Shown: positions 12,982 through 26,061 of the stretch, piece after piece
How positions within the stretch are numbered: the stretch's first letter is position 1
How the letters are laid out: every line of letters begins with the position of its first letter
Origin: Lama guanicoe
Taxonomy: Eukaryota
Direction of reading: 5' to 3'
DNA length: 64,000 bases
NCBI GenBank assembly: GCA_013239625.1
Contig: MU054212.1
Location: 1,488,001 to 1,552,000, forward strand
Notes under the pieces: model-generated
Databases searched by the model: none
Told to the model about the DNA's origin: nothing
What the model saw: only the letters and a program-made list of their open reading frames with translations
Made by a program: the position numbers and the translations under genes

Positions 12982-13400
12982 TGTGATTGTTAATTTTATG
13001 CATTAACTTTGATGGGCCACAGTGCCCAGTTATGTGGTCAGACATTATTCTGGATGTATCTATAAGGGTGTTTTTGGATGAGATTAGCATTTAAATCAGT
13101 GGACTTTGAGTGAAGCAGGTTTCCCACTGTAATGTGGGTGGGCCTCATCCAATCAGGTAAAGGCCTGAATAGCACAAAAGGCTAACTTCTCCAAGCAAGA
13201 GGGAATTCTGTCAGCAGGCGGCCTTTAGACTGGAACTGCAGCACTGACTCTTCTCTGGCTTTCCAGACTGCCAGCCACCAAGCAGATTTTGAACCTTCCA
13301 ACCTCCATAATCACATGTGCCAGTTCTTTAAAATCAGTCTCTTTCTCTCTATATGCATATCTGAGTAGTTCTGTTTTTGTGGAGAGTCTTGACTAATACA
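12982..13400 (+). mobile_element. ERVL LTR (MLT2B/D-like) inserted into a MIR
   Basis: tgtgattgttaattttatg...gatgagattagcatttaaatcagtggact...gggtgggcctcatccaatcag...gactaataca; MIR-like sequence on both flanks (~12905-12981, ~13401-13490). Confidence 0.9.
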
Positions 13401-13696
13401 CTATGTAATTCTGGTCTCATCCTTTCTCCTCTCTGAGGCTCAAGTGTGCAATCTGTAAAGAGAGGAAGTAGAACCCCATAACCTCTGAGGTCTTCTAGAG
13501 AGAAAAATTGCAGGATTAAAAACCTGCTGATTTTGAAATGTAAGATTTTTATAAAGAGTAATGAAAGTAAACTTTCAAGAAACATTAGATAAAAATATGA
13601 AGACACTTCCTCATTTCTTGAAATTTTGCTTAAATTTAGAGACACCTTAAGCCATTTCTGTGGCCCTCTGGGTGGGCACCAGGATGCCCAGGCACT

Positions 13697-13884
13697 AAGG
13701 TGGCCAGATTTAGCAAATACAAATACTGAATTCCCAGTTAAATTAGAATTTATGATAAATAATGAATAATTTTTGGTATTATTAAGTATGTAATATTTGG
13801 AACATACTTATACTCAAAGTTATTTGCTGATAACCTGAAAAAAAAAATGCAACTGGGAATCTTGTATTTTATTTGGCAAACTTA
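13697..13884. mobile_element. MER53-like palindromic hAT MITE
   Basis: aaggtggccagatttagcaaata...cccagttaaattagaattt...aactgggaatcttgtattttatttggcaaactt; the two arms are mutually complementary. Confidence 0.85.
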
Positions 13885-14369
13885 CCAGGGACCCAAGGAC
13901 ACAGTAGGGTACATCTTCTCCCCCCAGTTTCCTTTCTCATTTTCTTTGCATGGAATGAAAGTCTGTGGGCAGGCTCTACAGTCTGATGAGTTCCTGTTGA
14001 CTTTGCCCTTCCCATTTGAGATACAATATTTTGAAGATGTGCTTATTAATAAATTAGGATTATATTGGAAATAGTTTTATAGCCACTTTTTTTTTCATTT
14101 AGCATAGTAATTTTTCCAAAACATTTTAAAAAGTAGCTCATGAATTGCACATATGACTTGATTTTTGACTGTGCTTATGATGTTGTAATTCAGAAGGGTT
14201 TATTGAGCAGCTCTGGTGTGCTAAAGTATTGTTTTGGTGCTGTGGGTACAGTGGTGAACAAAGTCAGAATAAACCTTATGTGCCAGTCAGGAAAACAGAT
14301 AATAGAGATAAGTAAGTTTCAGCTCACAATGGGTGCTCTGTGGACCACAAAGCAGTAAGAGTAACAGTA

Positions 14370-14775
14370 AATGTACCCACCACTCTTGGCCTCGATTAAT
14401 TGGTTCAGGGATCCAAACTGGGCCAATGAGAATCTTTCCTTGGGCCAAGAGAGAGGCCCAGGCATTCTCTTCCAGAGCAGTGGTTCCAAGATGCAAAATT
14501 CAAGAGCTGGTGGTGGCCAGGTTTACCATTATGTGGAGAACTAAGTGGTGAGAAAGAATAAAGACATCATGCAGATACAAACTGTGATGAGGGACAAGAG
14601 TCTTGCAGGCATTTTCGTTCCTGCCTTCACATATTCCTGATCTCCACCCCTATCTCTGCCTTTCCAGTTGGGTATTCAACACTTTCTGAAATCCTATGAA
14701 CCCATAAATTATATTTTTGTTTATGCTGTTTGATATGATTTTCTACCACGATAACCTGGAATCCTGGCTAATATT
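14370..14775 (+). mobile_element. Old MaLR LTR (MLT1J/K-like)
   Basis: attggttcagggatccaaactgggccaatgagaatc...ataaattatatttttg...cctggctaata. Confidence 0.55.
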
Positions 14776-17194
14776 AAATAGAAACATAATAGAATCATTT
14801 ACAACATCTACCTTATCCCAGAGCCATTGAGGGTCCTCTACTGGGTCAGCACTCTTTCTACCTCTATGTGCTAAAGATAACTTGTCTTCATCTCCCTAAC
14901 AGATGACGCTCCCTTAGAGCTCAAGAGGTATGGAAACCCCAATAAAATCTAATTATATAGGATAAACTGAATTTCTTACAAAATACATTCTTTTCCCCTG
15001 ATCCTTTTAATTCAAGCCTAGAGAGTTTAATCAGACAATCGTCTAAATTACAATCCATCTTATCACTTAACCTTAAAATTATTATGTCTCTCCTCTTTGG
15101 TTAACTAAAGAATAACAGCTCATTTGGAATTAAACTGCAATCAACGACAGTGTAGTTAGAATCAAATTGCATTAATAGGTTTCTTTTTCTTTATTAGTTA
15201 GTGTCCACAAAACTGCCCCCACAAATAAATGCTGCCTTGAAGCATTCATGTTTGAAAAAGGCATATGTGGGTAGGCATGCTTGCCACTCAGGTCCAGCCT
15301 ATGCTCTCGGTTCTTTAAAAGTACCCTTCATTTCTGCCTGGAAGAGGGGGCCTTGTGGCCATGTATGGAACAAATAGCCTAGTTTCCTCAACCTGATTGA
15401 GCTAGGGGTAGACACCTGACTCACACAGAGTGAATCAAATTCTTTTTCTGAAAGTACTATGAGACTCTGCCAAATCTCAGGCAGTGATGATCACTGGGAT
15501 GGAGAGTCTTAGCAGTGCAGGGACCTGGGCAACCATGATTGGGCACTCCTGAGAGAGGAGAATCTGTGTGGGTGAGAGGGAAGCAGTGTAGAATTTTATA
15601 GAAAAAGATATTTTCTTCTCAGAATCGGGGAGGCAATAAAGTCAAGAATCAGTTATGTCAGCAAATATGGTATAGATTAAAAACATGACCTTCTTAGGGG
15701 GCAAGCATGTGGAGAAATATGTTATTATTATAAAATATCTAATAATAAAAGGCAAAACAACATATGACTATTTCTGAGATTAGGTACTGCATTAAAAAAA
15801 AGAACTTTAAACAGTGTCTTGCATGCAAACGGTCGTTTCATAAAGTTAATTCTAGAAAGGAGTATTTAGTACAGAGGTCATCCAGTACTACAAAGACCAA
15901 ACCTCACCCATGCCTACCCCTTATGGTTAAACTCCCCAGTGTGGCATCTGTCTTCTTGGCTTCGATCACTGGGACCAACTTCCCCTTCCAGCTTCACCAC
16001 CCATTCCCCCGTTGTGGGCATTCTGAACTGTATGCTTACTGGGATACTTGCTGTTTTTGTAACATGCTGTGCATTTTGTCCTGGTTCTTGGAAGATGAGT
16101 CTTGACAGAAATGGTAACCTGGGTAACAAGAAAATATACTCTGAGTTGGTCTAAGTCAAAAGCTAAAAGCTGACCCCCACTGTGGGCTCAATGGGGAGAC
16201 GCAAGTGATGAGCCGAAGCAGCAGATCTGGGTTCCAAGGAATGATTCTGGGCTAAAAAACACAAGTGTGCCCCCTTGAACCTTAAGATACTTCCACTTAG
16301 ATAACAGCACATACCTCTCATTTTCTTCATGTAATCTGCAAAACACAGGGGTAATATATTTAGAAAAATAAAAAAGAACAATTAATTCCTTGCTGCCAAT
16401 TAAATTTTTTCTTTGATGGGCCAAGATTGAAATATCTGTCATTCTCTTGTCTGTTGGGTCTCCCAGGTCATTTTTGTCAGCTGTCTGATCCTCATACCAG
16501 CTTGACCTTCACTTCTGCTTAGCAGGCTGATGTTAATTACTCACTCTGAGCCTACTAGACGGTTCCAAATAGCCTCTCTTTCCAGTAGCTCCTCCTACTC
16601 CTGACATGCTGTGAAATTGCCAAGCTCTGCAACTGTTCAATTTCCTCTTTTATTTGAGTAGATCTCGACAAACATTTAGAAAGGACACACAGTCTCTTCA
16701 AAGCTGTGTATCCAGTTTCTAATTTATGACTGAAGAGCTGCACTCTCTGGATGAATGTGACAAGCTGAGTTCTCAGCCCTCAACAAATCATATCAGCATT
16801 TTAAACAGCCCTCCCTGCACTGAGGATTAATAAGTGCTGCTTCCCATTTCTAAGTAATCATTTATTTGTTAGACATTAATGTTTGTAATATTTTGGCCAC
16901 TAAAAAAAGTTTTGTTCCAGAGTATATTAGAAAAATCTGCATAGTGGATTATTGAGACGAACTTGAGAATGAACACATTTTTTTTGAAGACAGATGAGGC
17001 TGAAAGAAAATGATTTACTCCAGAATTCACTGAATCTGTATTTAATTATGTACTCCCTTGTGATAATTCTCCTGTTGTTTATTTCTGCATTTGTTCATTC
17101 ATTCATTCGTTTATTCATTCAGTATCTACCAACTGCCATCTGGGCATTAGAGATACCTCTGGACCCCCTGGTTGTAATAGCAACAACAACAATA

Positions 17195-17410
17195 GTGATA
17201 TAATAAAAGACAACATTTGTGGAATTTTTATTATGTGCCACACACTACACTAGTTATTTTAGATGCATTATAGAAATTTATCCCAAAAGCCCCATATTAC
17301 ACATGGGAAAGCACCATTACCTCATAGAGATTAAGTAACATGACTCAAGGTCATACAATTAGGACATGGAAGAGCTGGTGCCTGACTCCAGAACTCTTAC
17401 CTTCCACTAG
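17195..17410 (-). mobile_element. MIR SINE
   Basis: acatttgtggaatttttattatgtgcca...agagattaagtaacatgactcaaggtcatacaatt. Confidence 0.7.
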
Positions 17411-18267
17411 CAGACTCATGTGGATGGGACCAGCTCAGAGCCTGAAACAAGCCTGAGTCCCTTCATTATTGACCAGATTGGGTCTTGGCCGTCAGCCTCA
17501 GCAGCAGGTCACTTCTTCCAGCACCTGCGAAAGTCTAGGGTACAGGTGTACATCCAGGCCTTACTTTCTTCAGTCCTGCTGCCTGCTCTGAGTTTTGGGG
17601 GCCATTCGACCCTCTATCCTAGTTGCTGATTATGTACTCGGAAGTATTTGCTGCTTTGACTGTCTTCATGAAAATTTCCAGGTGAGGTTCTTTCATTTTC
17701 TGAGCTCCACCTTTTTCCTTAGCCCTTGAAATGATACCAGGTCTTGCACACTTAACATCTGAAGTTGAGAACTGTCAGGACCCTGAAAAAGCATAGGGTG
17801 CTCATGGTGGAGATAATTTTCAGGTACTATTAAAATTCTCACTTTCCTTTTAGTTCATTGAGTCGGGACAAAGATGAAGTCAGTATATCAAGGTGATGGG
17901 TAATTGCTGAGTATTGAACCTGTGGCTGGTTTTCCATATTTTGAGCCAGATTTTGTCTTTCTTTTCTCTCCTTCTCAAAGTTAATAAAACATTTCTGCCC
18001 TTTCATTTCTTCCTTAAAAACCTTTTATACTTAGAAAAAATATAATGAGTCATGAGCACAGTGCTTATCCCCAAAGAATGCTTAAGACTAGGTCGAATTA
18101 GAAAGGTGCATTCATTTGGTGAGGGAGCATCTTTGAGAGGACTAAATCTATTTCTAGTAAATTATGAGTGAATACCAAGTGACAGTTGATGGATTGTATA
18201 CATTTATTTAGGAAAGCAGAGAAAAGCCTAAATTTAAATTTGGAATTGAAGCAAACATTTAGGATGG

Positions 18268-18375
18268 CTTAGTCTGTTCAGCTATGGCTATGATAAAATG
18301 TCCTAGAATGGATGGCTTATCAACAACAGAAATTTATCTCTCATAGGCTGGGAAGTCCAAGATCAGGGTGCCGAC
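18268..18375 (-). mobile_element. MLT1 LTR fragment
   Basis: cttagtctgttcagct...ggcttatcaacaacagaaatttatctctca...ggctgggaagtccaagatcagggtgcc. Confidence 0.75.
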
Positions 18376-19899
18376 AGTCTGCAACAAAGAGAATTGAGCA
18401 GATCGGCAAGAAACTCTGTAACCCCTTAAATATTAGTATTTCAGCTCATTTAGTTTCCACGAGGCCCAGCTATGCTTTCCCCAGTACCTCTCTTGCTGCT
18501 ATTACTGGTAAACCGTTATTAAATAATCTCTATGTTCCTAGAATGAGGCTAATCTCTTCATGTGCATTTGATAGTCTCGAGAGCCTTATGATCCGAGCAC
18601 TCTTATTATCTCCATTTAATGTGAAGACACAGGCTCTGAGGTGGTTGGTGAGTTACTTCAAACACCACTTAGTAAATGACATTGAACCAACTTGAAGTCC
18701 ACTGGACTCTTTGGGTCCCATCATCTTACTCTGCATCCTTAAAATATCCTCGTAATAAACTAGCTTTGTTGGGTTCCTGTTCCTTACAGTCAACAGATTC
18801 CTTAGGTAGCTGGTGAATGTAGCTCAGACTGGAGGCAGCAGGGCAGAGCAGTTCTTTCTATTCGTATGTAAAACTGCAGGCATTTCAAATGCAATCATAG
18901 CAAAATAAGCTCTCTTGAAAATATTCAAAATTAAACATCCATGTAAATGTTTTGGTTTGAATATTCATTTCTTGTGAGGTCTGACTAAAATGAAGTGTCC
19001 TCACTCTGTGAGTGTCTGAGCTCTGACCAGAGAAGTAGGACTGGTGTGAGCTGGTACAGAGCTAATACAAAGAGGGTGCAAATACACATGCACAGCAAGT
19101 ACTGTCCATACATTGAGTAAGGCATAAATTCTGTGTGCACATGGACCATGCATTTTAAATGAATGTAGAGTCAGTTAATAACAGTATTAGGAAGATTCGT
19201 GGAAAGTAGTTATTGAAGTCATATGAGCTTTTTGTCATATATTTTCTATATCAACAGACATAGGGATTATATGAGTCTTCCCTTTCTATGAAATTTAAAG
19301 CAGATCCTCGTAATCAATTGTAAATTATACTGAAAGAGTAACTGAGTGTTTATAATGGGGAAGGCTGACAGATAAGCAGCTGTCACTCACGCATGGCAGG
19401 GTGCTCTTACAGGTGAGGACACTCTGTGGATGAGCCTGATGTAGCTTCACATGCTCATTGTAGTGACCATGAAGCCATTACCAACCTTTTGGAGTTAGCC
19501 TGCGAGATGTTGCCATTTTTTGTTTAGAAAATGAAGAATTCATGTTCAACGACTGCCCCTTTATATTTCCCAGGGTCCAGAAAGAGCATTGAGGATCAAG
19601 AAGCTAGTTCTACCTGACATGTCTTACTTGTTTGGCTATATGTCAATGCTCTTAAGTTATCAAATCTGGGGTCTTATTCATTTCAGCTTGTCAAGTGGGT
19701 AAAACAATACTCACCTCTGTATATGGCATTAATATAACTAACATTGTTGGGCTTCTGGAGAGAGCAGATAGTTGAGGAGTAAATGTTATGGCATAATTGA
19801 AATTATAAGTGTTTTAGCTCCCAAAGCAACAGAAAACCAGCTCCCCCCTTTCAATTTTTGGATTATTTGTCTCATCCCATTTGAAAATAGTATAGTCTG

Positions 19900-20380
19900 C
19901 GGCAAGATAGTGTGGATGTTCTCTGGAGCTTTAATCACTAATGACCTCATCTTCAAATGGTCAGTGATAATAAACAAGAAGAAGGGATTTCCAAGGGGGC
20001 AGAGCATTAATAAGGTAAGATTTCAAAATTAATTTTTCAAGTTAATTAAAATGTCCAAAAGCACAATAAAACTGCAGAAAATCTGGCAAGGGAATGGCAG
20101 CAGGCCTGATTAATGCAAGTCAACTGTCTTCTGAGGGTAATAGTAATAATGATGAGATTATGGATATGGAAGAACCTGCTAAAGAGAAACTTGATGTATG
20201 TGGAATACAAACTGCGTCCCAGTTACTATTTTATGGTGCACAATGGATCTTATTAAGGAGGAATAGCTGCAAGAATTACCACCGAATTGCTCAATAAAAG
20301 TATTGTGTAATTAACATGCTGGAGCAGCTGGAGCAATGCCTCCCATTGATATTCCACATTCTCCATTCATTTCCAGTTTG
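19900..20380. promoter_or_regulatory. Putative conserved non-coding element, copy A of a locally duplicated pair
   Basis: Colinear homology to 36428-36782 and 39833-39925; dense TAAT/TAATTA sites and a CAGCTG E-box. The regulatory role is inference. Confidence 0.6.
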
Positions 20381-20409
20381 CTAAGGGGGTGTGAGTTCTA
20401 ACTAAGACT

Positions 20410-21100
20410 GTTTATTTATCCAATCACTCAGCAAACATTGATTGAGCAGGGCACTATGCTAGGAGACATGAGGGGTGTGATGGTCCTTAAGGCCCTGCTT
20501 TTGCCCTCAGGGGGCCTATGGTCAAATAGGGGAGTTAAGATAGGAATGCAGTGAACTCTCAATGAACTCTACTATAATGCAGATTATCTTGAAACCTTCC
20601 ATGAGAGGTCAAAGAGAGAAAAATTGCTTTTGGCAAAAGAGATTTAATAAAGCCCCTGGAGAATATATAGCACCTGAGAAGGGCTTTGCTTTTATGTTGG
20701 TAAAGATAATAATAATTTTCTACTTGTGAGTTCTTAAATGTTGAAAAAGCTAAATGGTATGTAATGTTTGCCTATGTTCATAAGGCAAATAGGAAACTAT
20801 GGAGGTATATTTGGGGTGAAGTGTGTAATTAAAGTAAATAAGGGGTGGGGACTAAACTTATGGGATGCGTTTTGTGAAAACAGAAAGGAGAGAACCATTG
20901 TCAGTAACATTGTGGAGACAGAACTAGTAAAACTTGCATGAAGAAGAGTGAGAGGTCAAAGATGACCACAAACTTTTCAGTTTGGGTTACTAGGAGGATG
21001 ACTGGATGAATGCCAGCCATCTGTTAGATGACAAAGTGTTGGGAAAATAATGACGGGATGTTGGTACAAAGATAGTGTACCTGGAGAGGTGCTTCTCCAT
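20410..21100 (-). mobile_element. L2 LINE (decayed)
   Basis: cactcagcaaacattgattgagca...ggcactatgctagg...gccctcaggggg...gtcaaagatgaccacaaacttttcagtttggg. Confidence 0.7.
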
Positions 21101-21964
21101 CATCCATTTGGGGTCAGACTAAGTATGAGGCTGAACTTGAGTTAACATGTCTTACCTTCTGTGATAATATAGGGCTTATGCACTATCAGAATATGCTTGT
21201 GAAATAAGACACATTGATGTGAAATAAAATGTTGCTCAGGCATGTGTAGAAGATGATTTAGACATCACCTACTTGGGCATCAGTATATTTCGGGGTTATT
21301 TAGAATGACAGCTGTGCTTTTCTGTTACATGCTTTTCTGTTTCCGAGGTGGAGACAGAGTTGGAGTAAGCTCAATCCTGAAGACTGGGAGGATTCTGGGC
21401 CTAAGATCATGGGATACAAGTGATCTGTAGCTCACGTTTTGTAAGGTTATCGTCTGTTCTCCTTTCTATTTTCTTTTAGCACTAAAGAATGCATTCCAGC
21501 CTTCTTTTTCATTGGGTTTCTATTATTTCTGCCTCTATTTTTCTCCTCCAGCTGCCTTTGCTTCTGGCACCAGAGCTTATGGGCACAGAAAGTGTTGAAG
21601 TGTGGAAGGCAGTTAATTTGCCCGGAGTATGATGAAGCAGAACCACTAAAATGGAGATGAAGAATTGCCAAGAAATTTGAGCTGAAGTAGATTATAGTCT
21701 GAAGGCCCGAGTTCCATACTAGGCTCATAAACTCAGTTCATTTTCAACTTCTCTGCCTCCTTAGCCCCTTGTAACAATTTTACCAGTAACACAAGGTTTT
21801 TGACTTTGTTACTTCTCAAGTCTGTCCCCAGTAGTTCTGAATCCTGCTTTGGGTCCCTGCCTTCTTTAACAAGGACTAGTACAACCTTCTACTTGGCTTT
21901 TTGAACTCTGTCTTCTGCTTCCAAGCTATAGTGCAAGCTGTGCCACTCTTACAGGTACACTATA

Positions 21965-22277
21965 TAGCTAGTCCTCAATATCTGTGGGTCTGTATCACAA
22001 ACTCAACCAACCACCGATGGAAAATATTCAGAAAAAAAATTCCAGAAAGTTCCAAAGAGCAGAACTTGTATTTACTGTGTACCGGCTACTATTTTCATGG
22101 CACTTACATTGTATTAGGTATTGTAAGTAATCTAGAGATGATTTAAAGTACAGAAGAGGATGTGTGTAGTTACATGCAAATACTACACCATTTTATGTAA
22201 GGGACCTGAGCATCTATGGATTTTGGTGTCTGTGGGGTCCTGGAAACAGCCCTCCACAGATAAGAAGGGGGTGACTA
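21965..22277 (-). mobile_element. MER2-like TcMar-Tigger element
   Basis: acattgtattaggtattgtaagtaatctagagatgatttaaagta...gcaaatactacaccattttatgtaagggac; TA dinucleotides on both flanks. Confidence 0.9.
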
Positions 22278-23760
22278 TATACTTTATTTTAAAATATTTA
22301 GGAGGCTGACAGAGGCCGTGCAGGAGCCGCCTGTGTGTTTTAGAGAAACCCCTAAGTATGCTTCAGTACAAACTGCTTTTGACCTCTGTTTTCTTCAGCA
22401 ATGTTTAAGCCAATCTTGGCTTGATCGAGGGAGAATATACCATAGCTTTTGAAGTATATACCAGCCAAGGAAGAGGACAGTGAAGGAGTCAGGGGCCCAG
22501 CAAGGTTCTTCCTCCTCCCTGGAGGTGGATATGCCTGCTCAGAGGAGCCAGTGAGGAGTCGTTGGGCTGGTGACTCTGACCTGCTGCTTTCCTGTCTCCT
22601 CAGGGGTCGACACTTCCCACTCAGAGGCAAGGGGAGGTTGATGAGTCCCAGAGATAGGTATGGAAATGCCAGTGTCCCCTTTCCCCAAATAGCAAGCTCA
22701 GCATAATTTTGATAAGTGGTGGATATGGGAGGCATGCTGGGGAGAGAAATGACTTGGCAGAGAGGTTTTGTCATCACTGAATTAGCTTGTCCTTCAGAAA
22801 TAGAAAAGCTAGGAACTCAGTTTACTCTTTCAAGAGCCCCGAGGTCCAAGTGTAACTGTCAGAGGCCAGGGATCTCTTCAAGATGTCAGCAATGAAGCCA
22901 GTATGAAAGGTGGGCCAGTAGTGGTTCCAAGTGAACAGGAGGATTTGGTGGAGTCCAGTGTACTCAGCTGGAGCCCCTGTGATCTGTGGCTGGTTGGGCC
23001 TCTCCCCACTTTTTGCAGAGCTGGCTACCTTGTGATTCTCGTGGATTCCCTGTGAAGCCCCATTTCTGTAACTCAGTGTTCACTCAGATGATGTACTGAC
23101 CCAGTGACCCATTGCGATGCTCACTGCTCTCCCTGGTTTCCGCTAAGCCTTGCAGCACTCCTGGTGCTAATATCATTCTGTTCTTCTCTTCTCCAGAGTC
23201 ATGTAGAGGAGGAACTTGCTTTGTCTCGATTCCTTCTGCAAGTAGAGGGCTCCACTTCAGGCAAAGATGGATGGGTTCCTGGGACTCGTGTTGTAGTGTC
23301 ATATGGGGCTCTTCAGGAAAACTCCTCCAGGCTGACCAGGCAAGCAGCCCTCCTGGTCCTTCAGGACCTGACCAGCATCCTGCCTTGCTGCTGACAGGGA
23401 CACCTGCACTCTGTGTGAGTGGTGCCCACTCCCTGGAGATGTGCAGTGAGGCAGCCTCTGCAGGGCCACAGTCCCATCTGTCATGGACAAGGCTTGGTTC
23501 ATCTTCACCCTGTGGGAAGGGGATCACATGATTGTGGCCTCTGTCAGGCTGTAATCTCTTTTCTCCTCAGCTTTGGAAGGGATTTGGTAACCTGAAAAGC
23601 AGAAAGTGACCTCTTGCACAACCAGTTCTGCTCTCCAGCCCAATCCTGGACAGGGAGGACATCAGGGGGCCAGGCTTGTCCTTCCTAAAACATGCTTAAT
23701 TATTTTCCGGAACCCTACTCAGGTTGAAGCTTTACTTTGAAGCTGTTCCTGACCTCTCTC

Positions 23761-23896
23761 TAGGGTGACCAGCTTACCCTGGTATGGCCATGCTTTTCCA
23801 TTTTAAAAAAATTAAAAAAATTTTTTTTTAGCACTGACAGTCCTACCTCCCAGAAAGCCTTTTAGTCCCAGGTGCACCAGCGTGGTTGGTCACCCT
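23761..23896. mobile_element. MER81/MER94-like hAT-Blackjack MITE
   Basis: Terminal inverted repeats agggtgacca...tggtcaccct; internal ttagcactgacagtcc. Confidence 0.8.
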
Positions 23897-24504
23897 CCCT
23901 CAGTCCCTCTCCCTCCTGCACCTACTCTATGTCCCTGCACACATGACACTCTGTATTCACTGTGTCTTCTCTGTTAAACTGTGGGCTCCATGGAGAGAGT
24001 GGTTCTGTCTAGTTCAGCTTTATCTGCCCCCATGCCTGGCACTGGTAGGGGTCCCATAAGTATTTACTGAGCATGAATCACTGCTCAAGGCTTAGATGCT
24101 GGATGAACAGCTCTGCTCCCAATTCTAGTCTCAGGAACTGACTAGGCATCAGCTTCCACCTAAGAGCTTGTGCTGTGGATCCCTCAATACTCCATATCTC
24201 TGATGGGTCCCTGCTTTATTCCTGACAAGGAAAACCCAAACTTTGAAACAATGATGGGAGCCTCATAGTCTGGAAACTCTAGCTATAGCAGATAAACTCT
24301 TATTATTAAAATAAAATAAAAAATGATTTTTTCTAAATATTAATTGTAGACAACTGGAAAACACAAAAAACATAAATGACCCACAAATCTATTATTGGAG
24401 AAAACTGCTGTTATTTAATGTATCTCCTTTACAAAACAAAAATTAAATCATAGTTTTGTAGCCTATTTTCTTATCTTCTAATATAAAGTGGACATTTCAT
24501 CTTA

Positions 24505-24811
24505 TTTTCCTTCAGGTTGCTATAACAAAAGTACCATAGACTAGGTGGGAGGCTGGGAAGTCCAAGATCAAGGTGCCAGTAGACTTGGTGTCCATGTTCC
24601 AGAGATGTCCATTTCTCGCTGTGTCCTCACATGGCAGAAGGGGCAAGGGAGCTCTCTGGGGTCTCTTTTATGAGGACACTAATCCCATCATGGGGCTCCT
24701 CCCTCATGACCTAATCACTTCCCAAAGGCCTTACCCGCAAATACCATCATAAGGGGGATTAGGTTTCAATGTGTTAATTTTGGGGGGGACACAGACATTC
24801 AGGGTATAGCA
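24505..24811 (-). mobile_element. MaLR LTR (MLT1A0-like)
   Basis: gctgtgtcctcacatggcagaagggg...cactaatcccatca...ctcatgacctaatcacttcccaaaggcc...acagacattcag. Confidence 0.9.
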
Positions 24812-24899
24812 CCTTGTCAGTAGCACTCTTCTACCACATAATTAAAAACAGATTTAAAAATTTTTTATAAAAAACAAAAGAGGAGTCATCAGTTTTTAT

Positions 24900-26050
24900 T
24901 TGTGTGTATTTAGTATGCTGAGCAGTTTAATCATAAAACATATACAATTAATATATGCTGATTTTTAAAAAATCAAAGCTATTCTAAAAGGGAAAGAAGA
25001 AATCCCACTCCCCAGAGATAATCATTGTTCACATGTTGTTATCTATCTTTTCAGACATCTCTCTCTGCTCAGATACACATGCTTATGTACACAAACATAG
25101 TTCTAGCACGACCGAACATCTCTATGTATGCTTACTTGCAGTTTGAATTGTTTATTTCTGAAGTGTTTGTGTATGCAATTTGCCTTTTTTTCTGGCTGAG
25201 TTTCAATTCTTCAAATGGATTTGTATGATTATTTTAGCATATTAGGGCTATTAAACATTTTTGTATTACAATTTTAGCAATATCTCCCTCAGAGTTTAAT
25301 TTCTGTTAGCCATTTTTTTAGCTCTTTCTGGAACTTTAAATTTTAATAGGGTCTAATATACCAATATTATCTTTTTACTTTCTGCCTTTGGCTTAATGTA
25401 CAAAAGGCTTGGCTACTAAACTATAAAAGAAAAAATCTATGGTTAAATATGGATTCCCTTTTTATATTTTAATTTTTAATCCATCTGGAATTCATCTGGC
25501 ATAAGGAATTATGCAGTAAGGATCCAAATTTACTCCCCCCCACCCCAGTAGGCTAACTAATTGTTCCAACATCATTTTCCCTTTAATAAGAAATACCAGC
25601 TCAAGCAGTTGTATGTAATGTTCCTATTGTTATTCCCCCAAACAGTCTACAATTGCAGTTTTGATTTTTTTCTTTTAACCAGTAAAATTCAGAATGGTCT
25701 AATTCCTCTGGAGTGGGCTTCATTTGTTGTTTCTGTGATATTAATCTATTTATATCTGATCTTCTGCTGCTGTGTTCAGTAAGTATGGTCTGAACTAGTT
25801 GGAATTTATTAAGGCTTTCTCTGGGATGTAATATGGTTCAATTTTTTTATAAATATCCTATTTTGTAAATGTTGACAATAGGAGACAGTCTCTGTGTAGT
25901 ATGGACCTTTGTCTCTCCTCTCTCATATGTGTAATTTCTATCACTGTTAAGTGTGTGTTTGTGCTTTTTCAAAACAAGGTTGAGGTTTGAAACTTGGTTC
26001 GTTGACCTTTAAGATTGAGTAATTGCTTAATTTACTAGAGAGTTCTCCCG
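24900..26050 (-). mobile_element. Old L1M (L1ME-like) remnants
   Basis: T-rich antisense L1-like tracts (ttaatccatctggaattc, ttgttccaacatcattt); heavily decayed. Confidence 0.5.
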
Positions 26051-26061
26051 CCACCACCCAG

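Noticed and set aside
18312..18695. 127-aa ORF
   Set aside because: Chimeric across an MLT1 fragment, unique sequence and a MIR; no recognisable protein.
23084..23531. 139-147 aa ORFs and a minus-strand acceptor-like ccccttcccacag
   Set aside because: No homology recognised, and the donor (CAG|GTGTCC) is weak.
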